Shown in pieces: positions 10,662 through 21,983 of a DNA stretch of 64,000 bases. A model generated the notes under the pieces. That model was not told where the DNA came from and did not search any database. It saw nothing but the letters and a program-made list of their open reading frames with translations. Origin of the DNA: Mytilus californianus (lineage: Eukaryota); NCBI RefSeq assembly GCF_021869535.1, contig NW_026262604.1, positions 34,038,001-34,102,000 on the forward strand, written 5' to 3'. A program made the position numbers and the translations under genes. Position 1 is the stretch's first letter, and each line of letters opens with the position of its first letter.

Positions 10662-13600
10662 TTGATTGATTGATTGTTGTTTGCTTTACGCCGCATTAGC
10701 ACAGAAAGGCTATATCGCGGCGAGAGCTAATTCGAATATTATAACAATTTAAGGTATATTTTTAAAATCAGACAAAAGGTCTTTCAATAAACTAAAATTC
10801 TAGACTAAAGCAAATTGATTATTTACAAATAAAAATCAACACTAAGATAACGTGATAAAAATTGAAATCGTTTTAAAATTGAAATCGTTTTAAATATAAC
10901 AACATTTTTATATTTTATAATATATTCCAATTTCTTTTAAGAATGAAACAATATTTGTAAATGGAATATTATTAAATAAATCATACATATTATTGACATT
11001 GAAATGCTTCTTTCGAATATCAGCAAAGTCAATACAATTGATTAAAACATGTTTAATAGTATACTTGCAGTTACAAGGTATACATTGTGGTTCTACTTCA
11101 TTTTTTAAAAGATATTCGTGTGTTATTCTAGTATGACCAATACGACATCTAGAAATAACACACTGATCTTTTCTGCACATAAAATTATTGAAAGGTTTAC
11201 ATAAATTAGGTTTAATTTCATGTAATTTATTACCATCTTTTTTACTCCATTCATTTTTCAATATATTAAAAACATATTCTCTAATATTAGATTTAAAATC
11301 GGTATATGGTATATCACAGTTAGATAAAGGGTCACCCAGGGCATTCTTTGCCTCAAGGTCTACAGCTGTGTTTCCAAGGATTCCAACATGACTCGGCACC
11401 CATAGAAATAATATTTCTTTAAGAAGAATTTTTAAATTCCTCATTACATATAAAATTTTGAGAATTGTTGGGTTTTTAATTTTAGTATTTTGTATAGCTT
11501 GTAAGCATGAAAGTGAATCAGAACATATAATAAATTTGGATTTATCTGAAGAAGCAATAAATTTCAAAGCCAAAATTATTGCTTCTGCTTCAGCAGTAAA
11601 GATCGATGCATCAGATGGCAAACGGAGAGTTGCAGCTCTGTCCCTGAAGACAGCAGCAGATGCAACTCTGTCACCATCTTTTGATCCATCAGTATAGACA
11701 GTTGAAAAATCTGAATAATTGGCTTTGATTTCAGCATAGTGTTGCTGAATTAAAAGAGGATTTGTTTTATTTTTATTGTGTTCACGGAGATCAAATATCA
11801 TTTTTGGTTTGGGAAGTTCCCATGGAGGACATTTGCAAGTTTCAACTTGAGCAACAGATTTTAAATCAAAAGAAGCTAAATGTGGTTTTAAACGTATACC
11901 TAACGGAGGAATTTTATTTTCATGTTTTGCAAAAATATCTTCATAAATTGGATTAAAAACACAGCTGTAGGCAGGATTATCTGAGTAGGCTTTTAGTTTG
12001 ACAGCATATTGAAGTCCAAGCTTCAAACGTCTGTTAGAGAGTGAGTGCTCATCAGCCTCTACATACAGACTCTCAACTGGTGAGGTTTTAAATGCGCCAA
12101 GACAGAGACGCAAACCCTGATGATGCACAGCATCGAGAATCTGTATGTAGGACTTCCTTGCAGAGCCATACACTATAGAGCCATAATCTAGTTTAGATCT
12201 AACTAGAGATCTATATAAATTAAGTAAAATGTTGCGATCAGCACCCCAGTCGGTGCTGCCGACAACTTTTAAAATATCTAATGCTTTTAAACATTTCGAT
12301 TTTAACATTTTGATATGGGTTAGAAAGGTTAACTTTTTATCGAAAATTAACCCAAGAAATTTGGTTTCATCAACCATTTTAATTGGGTTGCCGTACAAAG
12401 TGAGTTCTGGATCAAGATGCAATTTCCTTTTGTTACAAAAATGCATCCCGACCGTTTTTGAAATGGAAAATTTAAACCCATTTTCCGAGGCCCATTTTTC
12501 AATTCTTCCAAGACATAACTGTAATTGTCTTTCTATGTTATTCATATTTTTGCCTCTATAACATATTAAAAAGTCATCAACATACAATGAACCTTCAATA
12601 TTACTTTTTAAAACTTCAACAAGGCTGTTGATTTTGAGACTAAATAATGTAACAGATAAAATACTGCCCTGAGGGACACCCATCTCTTGATCATACAGAT
12701 CAGACATGGTTGAATTTACTCTAACATTAAATTGTCTGTTAGATAAAAAATTCGAAATAAAATTTGGCATATTGCCTTTCAACCCCATATCAAACAGATC
12801 TTTTAAAATACCATACTTCCATGTAGTATCATAGGCTTTTTCTAGATCGAAAAAGACCGACACTACATGTTCATTTTTCGCAAAACCATTACGGACAAAT
12901 GATTCGAATCGAACAAGATGGTCAAGAGTACTGCGACCTTGGCGGAATCCACACTGGATATTGGCTAAAAGCCCATTGGATTCCAGGAACCAAACAAGGC
13001 GATCATTAACCATCCGTTCTAGTGTTTTACAGACACAACTGGTTAGAGCAATTGGCCGATAATTAATAGGATCCGTGTGATCTTTACTTGGTTTTGGAAT
13101 AGGCACGACGGTTGCAAGCTTCCAGATTGATGGTAAATCACCAGATTCCCAGATGTTATTCATAAGCTGCAAAAGAGCTTCCAGCGAGGAATCTGGCAAG
13201 TGTTTTAACAGTTGGTAGTGAATATTATCAGGCCCACAAGCTGTATCATGGGCTTTTGATAGAGATGTTTTAAGTTCTTCAAGAGAAAAGAGTTTATTAT
13301 AATTTTCACCATTTTTTGATTTAAAGTTTAATTTAATTTTTTCTTTTTGTTTTTTAACTTTTTTAAAATCTTCCCTGTAGTTGTTAGAAGAAGAAGATTT
13401 CGCAAAAGTTTCACCAAGCTTGTTGGCAATATCCTTTTCAGATGTTAATAAATCATTGCCATTTTTTAAATGTTTAACTGTGGCTTTAGAATTTTTACCT
13501 TTTATCTTTTGTATCATGTTCCATACTTTTGTCATCGGAGTGCGAGATGTTATCTCCGAGACAAATTTCTTCCAAGACGTTCGTCGTGCTTGCCTGCAAG

Positions 13601-14328
13601 TCCGCCGTGCCTTAGCGCGAAAAACACGGAAATTACTCAAGTTTTCTGTCGTTGGTTGTTGGTTGAACCGTTTTTCAGATTTTTTACGGTCACCTATTGC
13701 TTGATCACAAGCATCATCAAACCATGGTTTGCTGGGATGTTTCGGATTTGCCGAGGTCTTAGGAATAGTTCTGTCAGCAATTGACGTTAAAATTGTATTA
13801 AAAGTTAAAATTGGATCTTGTACAGTCTCAAACATCTTTGACTGAAGTTCCGCTTGACAGAGATTCTCAAACAAGGACCAATCCGCCTTGTCAAGTTTCA
13901 AACGTGGTACTCTCTGTTGGGCAGAAGTAAAAAGATGTTCAAGTACTATTGGAAAGTGATCACTTCCACATAGATCATCATGAACACGCCATGAATAATC
14001 CAGAAGAAGAGAGGGATCGCAAATAGTGATATCAATAGCAGAATAAGACCCGTTTCCAGGATGAAGATAAGTATTAGATCCATCATTAAAAATGCATAAT
14101 CCTTCTTGAGAGACAAAGTCCTCAATGATCTTACCTTTGATATTATGAGACTTGCTTCCCCACAAGGGGTTGTGTGCATTGAAGTCGCCCATAAGTATAA
14201 ATGGTGAGGGTAATTGATCAGTGAGGTTTTTGAGTTTAGCTTTATCTATAATTGAATTGGGTGGAATATATATAGAACATAATGTAATTGTTTTATCTAA
14301 TGATAAACGAATTGCAACTGCCTGCAGA
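10662..14328 (-). mobile_element. Nimb/I-clade non-LTR retrotransposon, 5'-truncated, with RNase H
   Basis: 13-bp TSD CATCATGCTTTGA (10649-10661, 14329-14341); 3' tail of (AATC)n; uninterrupted ORF2. Confidence 0.95.
10908..14328 (-). CDS. LINE ORF2: truncated APE endonuclease, reverse transcriptase, RNase H and C-terminal Cys/His motif
   Basis: GDFNAH and GSDHFP (endonuclease); GVPQGSILS and LYVDD (RT); YTDGS, TAEAEAI, CSDSLS, WVPSHVGILGN (RNase H); CIPCNCKYTIKHVLINC. The frame is open upstream of the annotated Met as far as the TSD. Confidence 0.95.
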
Positions 14329-15416
14329 CATCATGCTTTGAACAATATCTGATGTGTTTTTCTAACACTCTTTGAGAGGTGAAACCCCTTAAACAGTAGC
14401 GGCAAAATTTGTATGCTCTTCCGCTATTTTTTGTTCTTGACAATAATCTATTTGAATGTTTAATATAACAATAGTGGGTGTCACCTTCTTTTGTGAGATA
14501 TAACAAGTCCACTTCATGTTTCTTACCTTTGTGTTGACTGATATATATAGGAAAGAATTCATTGTTCTCATAACCAAGAACATTGATAGATATATCGTTT
14601 TGATTCTCAAATTTTGGAATTTGTTTTACTTGTACTGGGTATGAAATACCACTCATATTCAGTTCCTTTTCATATCTGATGTATTGTGATATTCGATTTG
14701 CATTCTTTGACTTTGTATGAATATGAGCAAGAACGGACAACAGAAAGCATTTCTTGTCATCGTTTTTTATGTTAATGATAGCATGGCTTTTCTCTAAAGT
14801 TTCAGGGATTCTAAAATATGACGACCCACCTATCGGTCGAAATTGAATGGTATTTAGCTCCATGTTTATCACCTGCTTCAAAGTCCAACCCGATCCTCGA
14901 GCGATGTATTCATCAAACGATTTGAACTGTTTCTGAAACGCTTCATTTATGTCATCATCTTTAATGTCAGTTTTAGATAGTAATATATATGAGTTGCTTT
15001 TAAAATAGGGACGACTATTATCCACCTCACCCTCATTCGTCTCCCGCGATAATTCAACATGTACATTGATATACCATTTCAGGTGTATCACTTTGTTACA
15101 TCTCTCTGCAAGCGCGTCCTTCAATTTTTGTCGAATGTTTGAGAAAAATGTCAATAGATCATATTTGTCCTCGTCTAATGGACGAATAGTGAATACATGG
15201 ACAGCATCTTCCAGTGCACTCTGTACTGAGGTTTGGTGGTTGAGTATGTTCACATTACCCCCGTCTGCATGGGATGTATAGTTTTAGAGTGGTCAATTAG
15301 GGTGGTATAGTCTTTAAACCCTACTCCACAATGTTGACAGCTGTATGTGTTATTGTGTGATATGTATCCTACTAAATGTCCTCTTTCATCTCGCTGTAAT
15401 GAATCTAACTCTGTTG

Positions 15417-16037
15417 ATTGATTGATTGATTGTTGGTTGCTTAACGTACAGTGGCAAATATTTCATGCATATTCTGGACGAGAACAAGTTCACAATAAAT
15501 ACAATAGGTAGGTTCTGTAAAAGATTAAGGGATTAAGGTCGGAGAATTTTAGACTGCCACGGGAAATGAGGGTATATTGGATAGGGACAGAAATTTAGCC
15601 TTGCAACAGGTCACCTACGGACCCCTCAAAGAGTTGTTGCAAGGTTCTTAACGTGCAAAGATTGACTGATTGTTGGTTGCTTAACGTCCAGTGGCAAATA
15701 TTTCATGCATATTCAGGACGAGAACAAATTAACAATAAATAAAATAGGTAGGTTCTGTAATAGAGTCGTCTGGGATTGAGGTCGGAGAAATTTAGACTGC
15801 CACGGGAAATGAGGGTATATTGGATAGGTACAGAAATTTAGCCTTGCAACAGGTCACCTACAGATCCCTCAAAGAGTTGTTGCAAAGGTTCTTAACGTGC
15901 AAAGAACGTGGCACTCTCTTTACACGAGGCATCGGATTTAACGTCCCCATTCTGACCGGACGTGGCTGCAAATTTGTACATCCCGCAAAACCAAACGGAC
16001 GCCCCACTTTGACGAGGGTTTTACCGCCGGACGGAGG
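15417..16037 (-). mobile_element. Two tandem SINE copies (15417-15660 is a 3' fragment; 15661-16037 is near full length)
   Basis: Two GATTGATTG tails; junction GTGCAAAG|ATTGACTGATT; no shared TSD found. Confidence 0.88.
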
Positions 16038-16132
16038 GGTAAAAAAACGAAGTATGGTAAATACACATATTTTTTTAATATTTACAACAAAAAGAATGAC
16101 ATACAAAACACAGTCAAAAAAAGTACAAACAA

Positions 16133-16483
16133 TTATAATGGAAAACTCAACCATTTTAAATTCTTTTTTTTTTTTAAATTTCTGTTTCAGTCTTTGTTTT
16201 GCAAGCATTTTATCAAAAGATACGAATGTCATTTTAGTAAACGGATTTGATGCTCCATCTCCATATTGATTTTCTTCTGAAATGTTTCCATCTGTGGTGT
16301 TGTTTTTTGTTTTTTTTTTTCATTTTCTAAGGTATTATACGATGCGGTGTCATCAACATTTTCATCATCACACTTTTGTTTCACAATTGGTTTATTTGAA
16401 TCACCAATAGTCCTTTCTGTTGTTGCTCTTCGAATTAGATCATCATATTTTCTTTTTGGTACAAGTACTAGTTCCCGACTCAT
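16133..16483 (-). pseudogene. Maverick hypothetical protein (MSRELVLVPK...KWLSFPL), frameshifted in A-runs; possibly PZ-like
   Basis: ORFs 16229-16483 and 15858-16232 in shifting frames; ATGA overlap with the upstream gene. Confidence 0.45.
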
Positions 16484-16819
16484 ATTTTGAAAAAAGCTCG
16501 AAGGATGATTGGTAATTCCCCACTAATTTTCAGCAACCTCTTTTTTCTGAGACGTTTAGAAATTGATTCTTCAATTGAGACCTCTAATACTGTCTTTTTG
16601 TAGTGATAAGACGTCTTTATACTTCTTTGAAATGTGAAATCTACTTTTGATCAAGTTGTATATTATTTCCACTAGAAATTGAAGTTGTTGCTCTGTTAAA
16701 GTTTGTAAAATAACGCTCCGTTGATCTTTGTCACACACCGTTAAAAACTTTAAAACCTGTCTGTCAATCGTTGTCAGGTTTTTCTTCATTTTTTGGACGA
16801 AATACAATAGTGTCTTCAC
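16480..16819 (-). pseudogene. Small basic/amphipathic Maverick virion-type protein, one frameshift
   Basis: ORF 16571-16819 continues in another frame as IEESISKRLRKKRLLKISGELPIILRAFFKI*, with the TGA overlapping the next ATG at 16480-16483. Confidence 0.5.
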
Positions 16820-17480
16820 CTGGAAAAATTCTGGTGCGAAGTGAATATAACTTTTCTGTTTTTGGATTTAAATCTGCCATTATATATCGAGAGAATGACA
16901 TTGCTATGATAAAAGAGTCTAGAAAGTACTTTCCCTTGTGAGGAAATACCTGTCTTCCAAAACGAAGTATCTGCTCCGAATCGCGTTTATTTTCAAAGAG
17001 AATATAGTAATGCATGTTTGAACTAAGAGTGCGCATAACTTTTCCTTTCTCATAAATGTAGTGACTAACCAGACACACAGTTATATTGCGATGGTGTGAT
17101 GAAACGAATATGAGTTCTTGTGCCCACCTATCGTTGGCTAAATCATGTAACAAGTCATCCAAAACGCAAATCATGTGTCGTCTGTCGTCTCCACGAGCTT
17201 CCATTAAATCTTCCTTACTCGGTATACCTTCATGAAACATAATACCGTCTATAGAACGTTGCATTTCGGTAAAAATTGGTTGCTAAACACTACCATAGCA
17301 GTATAAATGGAAGATGGAACGTTTTTGAACATTAATTGAGCATTTTCTAACAGTCGTTTAATAAACATTGTTTTTCCAGAGTTCGTTGGTCCACATAACA
17401 TGATTAATGTTGGTGTTTCAAACTGCAACACCGGTGTTTCATCTTCAAAATCTATGTTTTGTATATCCACCTGTGCAATA
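16764..17480 (-). pseudogene. Maverick packaging ATPase (FtsK/HerA-A32 type), frameshifted
   Basis: Walker A CGPTNSGKT and Walker B ICVLDDL in adjacent frames; SRHxN-like SHHRNITVCLVSH. Confidence 0.9.
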
Positions 17481-17936
17481 TGGAAACGTATTTCTAATGA
17501 CATCGAAAATGAATAAATCATTGTTATTATAATCATTTGAGAATGGACAAACAATTTCATTCATCGGAACTGCTTTACATCTATTTACTAAATAATACAT
17601 ACAATAATATCCACATGTTTCGGAAACTGTACTTTGGAGTCGTTCATCATTATATAATAAATTGAGATTGTTTGCAGCAAAAAAGTCATGAAATAGATTT
17701 GAATAAAAAGACGGCTTTAGTCCATAACTACTAAAAAATTCACCTCTGCAACCTGAAACGTAAAAAGCAACCCAGTGCTTTCCAGCACCACTTTTTCTGT
17801 CTCTATTAATGATGAAGGCGATATGGGATGAGGAAAAATGCCACTTGGGTATTTCATCCGCTGAAAATATTCCAATTACTTGTTGTGACATATTTCGATA
17901 ACAGTTCACCATACATCGAATAGTATTAGTATCCAT
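17445..17936 (-). CDS. Adenain-like cysteine protease
   Basis: GKHWVAF, EFFSSYG, LQSTVSETCGYYC (His, Gln and Cys present; expected Asp reads Ser). Confidence 0.9.
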   Translation of the reverse strand: MDTNTIRCMVNCYRNMSQQVIGIFSADEIPKWHFSSSHIAFIINRDRKSGAGKHWVAFYVSGCRGEFFSSYGLKPSFYSNLFHDFFAANNLNLLYNDERLQSTVSETCGYYCMYYLVNRCKAVPMNEIVCPFSNDYNNNDLFIFDVIRNTFPYCTGGYTKHRF

Positions 17937-19269
17937 CAGAATTTAAAATGACGTTTCTTGACTGGCTAATTTCAAAATATCCCTGTCTTTCAGCAAGAAC
18001 TATACAGTTAACGGTGTGTGGTAGCGCGACATTAAAAGCTGCATCTATTCTCAAGCTTCTTTGCTTTTTTGTTTTTTCAATGATAAATATTCATTTCCAT
18101 CAAAATCAGGTGTTGTGTCAAACGAATACAAAGCACAACCGCCAGGTATGTCATCTTTACTAATTTCGATACCCTCATCATTTAACCATTTACGGGTGGT
18201 CATTAACAGATTTGACAGCACTTCCATCACTGTGTAACCAGTCGTATTGTTATAGCTAAGCTGTAATGGACCCCCATTCACCGGTATACCATTCACACTG
18301 AGACCTATTTGACTCGATTGGTAATTTTGAAAATTACAGGGATTTCTTGTGAGATTACCCACACCTGTGGCTTCACTGTTGACAAAAGCGATTATGAGAT
18401 TGTTTGGGCAGCTGTCCTGACACACATAATTCCACGAAAAGTTCCAAGGTTCCCTTTGCTAACGTCATGGAGGCGATTTCTGTTTTCGTATATGGGTACT
18501 TGGCATTTGTCGAATTAAGCAGAGCGTTGTGTGCAGTAATAACGGCGGGATTGACTTGTATTTTACAAACTTTCAGCGTCATTTCTTGAATGTCGATTTT
18601 ATACTTCTTCGCCTCGTTGCTAAGTAAAGGAAAGTTGGCCTTAGAGCGATGAAATCTTATGCTAACACCAACCTGATTTAGAATATATCTTCTTACTTGA
18701 AATAGGTCGTGCATTATTGGACCCTGCAAATCAAGCAGTTTTGATCCCCTTATGCATGCCATCCTCACCATTCCATTGGTGTTATCTCCATTTGTAAAAT
18801 CCACATCATTAAAATGTCACTTTGTGTCCTTTAACCATAGCTGAGTTGAAAGTTGTGACTGTTTGGCATCGGATCCATATCGCAAAAGGGTTTGAATGTA
18901 TGCTGTGTATGGATAATATCCAGAAGTAGTAGATAAAGCTTTTCCCTTTATGCTCACGTCAATCAGTGAAAACAATGATTGCATAAATAGATTCACAGGA
19001 GCTACATTCTCATCTGCTGCAAGGACTGAATTGTCATCATGTAGCACCCGTAATTTAACATGGATCTGACTGTTAAAAAGATCTAAATACTCCAAACCGT
19101 TCTGACTAGAAATATCAAATAATATTGGGGACGAATCTGTAATGGTTGAGGTTGGTCTAACGTTTTCCATTCTAATACTTTCAACTCCCACTTGCGTAGG
19201 TGGAAGATCAAAAAGTGACAGTTCAGACGGTTGTTCCTCTACAAAGAATTGTTTATTGAGCATAGCCAT
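17935..19269 (-). pseudogene. Maverick major capsid protein (double jelly roll), several frameshifts
   Basis: N-terminus SELSLFDLPPTQ...YLDLFNSQIHVKLRV; GPIMHDLFQ; NPCNFQNY...GLSVNG; LYSFDTTPD; spread over ORFs 18817-19269, 18373-18804 and 18051-18425. Confidence 0.88.
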
Positions 19270-19278
19270 TTCAAATAT

Positions 19279-19743
19279 CTAGTTAAAAATATCACTGCCG
19301 TGACTTCTTGACTTCTTTTTAAAAGTATCACTGTTGTGTTTTCTTGACCTCTTTTTCTTTAACAATCGTTTTCTGGACTTCTTTTTATTTGAATTTTTAA
19401 TCCTCAAATGTCGGTGTTTAATCTCTTTTCTGATAGATTTAGATTTGTGTTTCCTTTTAGTACCCTTCTTGACATGCGTCTTGTGGTCAATGTCTGTTGA
19501 CGCTTGTTCTACAACGGCCTGTGCGGGTGAAATGATTTTAACAGGAACATCACTCACTTCCATCTGTGAGGGTGTATTCTTTTTATTATACTCTATAAGG
19601 GTAATAAATGTCTTTGCCCCACTGACTAAAGATCCTCCTCTCTGGTTTTGATGTTTACCATTCAATGTGTGTTTATTTATGGTGTCTTGATAATACTTTA
19701 TCCACTTTGTTACATTGGGAACATACAAGTAGGAAACATCCAT
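19279..19743 (-). CDS. Lys/Arg-rich putative core (DNA-condensing) protein with a QRGG motif
   Basis: 154-aa ORF with NQRGGS and a very basic C-terminal half, located between mCP and MCP. Confidence 0.6.
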   Translation of the reverse strand: MDVSYLYVPNVTKWIKYYQDTINKHTLNGKHQNQRGGSLVSGAKTFITLIEYNKKNTPSQMEVSDVPVKIISPAQAVVEQASTDIDHKTHVKKGTKRKHKSKSIRKEIKHRHLRIKNSNKKKSRKRLLKKKRSRKHNSDTFKKKSRSHGSDIFN

Positions 19744-19759
19744 TTCAAAAATATGTCGT

Positions 19760-20110
19760 CTAAAGAAAAAATGGATACTGTCGAAAATGTAACGTTAACG
19801 ACACTGGCTTCTTCATGAATGATGGAGTTTTTAATTTGCTGTCTAATATAAAGAACTCGATGTCAAATATTTGTGTGTTATTTATTGATAGATAATTCGG
19901 TGATTCGTATTTGTGAATCCAGTTTCCCTTTTTATTACACTGCAATGAACGGAGTATCGGTTGTCTCTGTCCTCCATTGACAATGGAATAATCCACCAGA
20001 TCACACAACACATACAAACCACCCATGTACATAGTTCTATTATTTTCTTTGACGTGTATCTCAGTAAATGCATCTTTCCAAATATTGTCAAGTTGAATAG
20101 GTTCTGCTAG
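19760..20110 (-). pseudogene. Minor capsid (penton) C-terminal fragment
   Basis: LYVLCDLVDYSIV...PILR...PNYLSI...IEFFI...VSLTLHFRQYP pattern; much shorter than a full penton. Confidence 0.7.
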
Positions 20111-20212
20111 GTGGATTTGGAAATTCGTTGGAGCATTGCCTGGAAACTAAGTTATATTTTGCTTCGAGTCGCTGTCTATAAACAAGAAGAAACTGCTATT
20201 GAAAGACATATT

Positions 20213-21342
20213 TTACAGATTTTTAACATCTGACTCATCAACCCAGGAATTGAATCGTTCCGAATATCCCAACCACTTCACAAAATACTGAACTTTTTTG
20301 TTCCTTTTCCTTTTCTTGATGATTTTTTCAATCTCCCATAATGCATCTTCTGACTTATTCAGGGGTTGAAGTTCTGAAGTATAGAAGTTCCCAAGAATTT
20401 TTTTTTCTTGTAAATCTACAAGTTTAAACATTGAAAAACCCTGTATTTGAAATCGCGTATATATCTTGAATACCTCATATGACCATTGTTCATTATAGAC
20501 ACGTTGAAAAGGTCTGCGTTGATGTGCAATACTAATTGATTTTTTTTATATTTATACAAAGTTCTTCTTATAGCTTTCTTCTTTTTCTTAATAGTTGTGA
20601 TATGTTGTCTTTTACGTCTTTTATCATGTCTCAAATACATGTAGGCCCAGAGATTTGCCGCATTGTTTGCGTTAACATCTCTAGGTGCTATGTTATTCAA
20701 TGACCTATGTGGAGTGGCATTGTATGACTTCACCAAATCCTGTAGTGAATCAATATATCTTTTAGACTTGTGTTTTGCTAAATATCTATATATCATGGAT
20801 TTTAAAGTTTTATTCAATCTTTCCACATAGTTTGCTTTCATTTCAATTAAAGTAATATGATAGTATATATTTCTATCTTTTAATAACTTTATAATCCATT
20901 TGTTCTTGAATTCAGTCCCTGCGTCACTTCTAATTTTTTTTGGAGACACTTTATCGAGAATGATTGCCAAAGCTTTCTCAACTTCTTTCCCAGTCTTATC
21001 TTTCAAGGGCACAACCCAAGCAAAGCGGGAGAACAAATCTACTGCAACGAGTAAGAATCGGATACCATCATTGTCTTTGTTTAATGATTGCATGTCAGCT
21101 AAATCAATATCTAGTTGTTCTTTTGGGCCTGACACAACAACCCTAGCTCTCTGAAATCGTCTACGAACAGGTTTTTGTAAACTGTAATCATCTTGATTTT
21201 GCAACCATTTTCGTATCTTGTGAATGCCTATTTTATCATTAACATCAACTTTTAAAACTAATTTTATTTTCTCTGCACCCTGGTATGCTGCTGGTTTTGA
21301 TTTGTTATAGTACTTAGTATACATTGGATAATGTTTTTTCAA
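20213..21342 (-). pseudogene. Maverick retroviral-like integrase with C-terminal chromodomain, frameshifted
   Basis: LDIDLADM, VAVDLFSRFAW, IRSDAGTEF, VERLNKTLK; chromodomain WEIEKIIKKR...YFVKWLGYSERFNSWV. Confidence 0.92.
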
Positions 21343-21353
21343 CCTGATTCATT

Positions 21354-21746
21354 TTACTGGTAGTGTGTTAAAATGTCGACGGCTTCTCTTATTCTAAGTT
21401 CCATTAGCTGCTTCTCCTGGTTGTTTTCAAACCACCAATTCCAGTTAAATGATTCACTAAATTCTTTTGCGTTTTCGGTTGGAATATCAAATTTTTTAAT
21501 GTTTTTGATGAGCAGATCGGGTATTTCATCATGATTGATTTTCTGAATAGCCTCCTCAAAATGAAATATTAATATTTCATTATCTGTGAGAGTCAAACAA
21601 TCATTGTAAAGCTGATTTGATTCATTATATTGGCAACCTAAACATCTTTGTGCGTTGATTGTTCTACAAATTCCCCAAACTTCCCGTGCGTATGTGAAGA
21701 TCAATTGTTTCCTTATCCGACGATTAATTTCTACTTCATCCGTCAT
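21354..21746 (-). CDS. Maverick terminal hypothetical protein (CxGC motif)
   Basis: Intact 130-aa ORF between INT and the terminus. Confidence 0.55.
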   Translation of the reverse strand: MTDEVEINRRIRKQLIFTYAREVWGICRTINAQRCLGCQYNESNQLYNDCLTLTDNEILIFHFEEAIQKINHDEIPDLLIKNIKKFDIPTENAKEFSESFNWNWWFENNQEKQLMELRIREAVDILTHYQ

Positions 21747-21983
21747 CCCTCAAGGCAATTAGCTAAACTACAATCACAAGAGTAATCACGACTTTAAATA
21801 GCATTATCTTTCAATTTAGAGTTTTCTTTCTTTAAACAGATTTTATAACGATACAACAAGTTCAATCATGTTGTTGGAATGTTGGAATGTGTGGATGGCA
21901 TACCACAAATATTTTTGTAAACAGTGTAAAACGAAGGGGGAAAATCACGTGACATGGGCTAGAGACATCCATTTTCCACTACT

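Larger units (their letters stand above)
8070..15412 (-). pseudogene. polB: Maverick protein-primed DNA polymerase B, interrupted by a LINE, frameshifts and a stop
   Basis: Motifs YQDCNNLYG, KLMNNAVFGK and MTDTDS; exonuclease motif IYCDFEA; N-terminal C2H2 finger CQHC...H...H at about 15270-15350. Removing 10662-14341 restores in-frame RYCSKHD-AQHAEFP...KQMRVPFVIYCDFEA. Confidence 0.93.
1..21983 (-). mobile_element. Maverick/Polinton (endogenous adinto-like virus), degenerate; left end lies outside the window
   Basis: Contiguous minus-strand INT, mCP, MCP, PRO, ATPase and pPolB genes. The right terminus ACTACT at 21978-21983 reads 5'-AGTAGT on the minus strand and abuts Gypsy integrase sequence. 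No left TIR or upstream Gypsy pol is seen, so 1-8000 is inferred to be internal. Confidence 0.9.

Noticed and set aside
11188-14179. Several plus-strand ORFs opposite the LINE ORF2 (and similar ones opposite Maverick genes)
   Set aside because: They are antisense shadows of long coding sequence with no independent motifs.
8070-21746. Free virus or phage contamination
   Set aside because: The genes are frameshifted and carry host SINE/LINE insertions with TSDs, so the element is endogenous.
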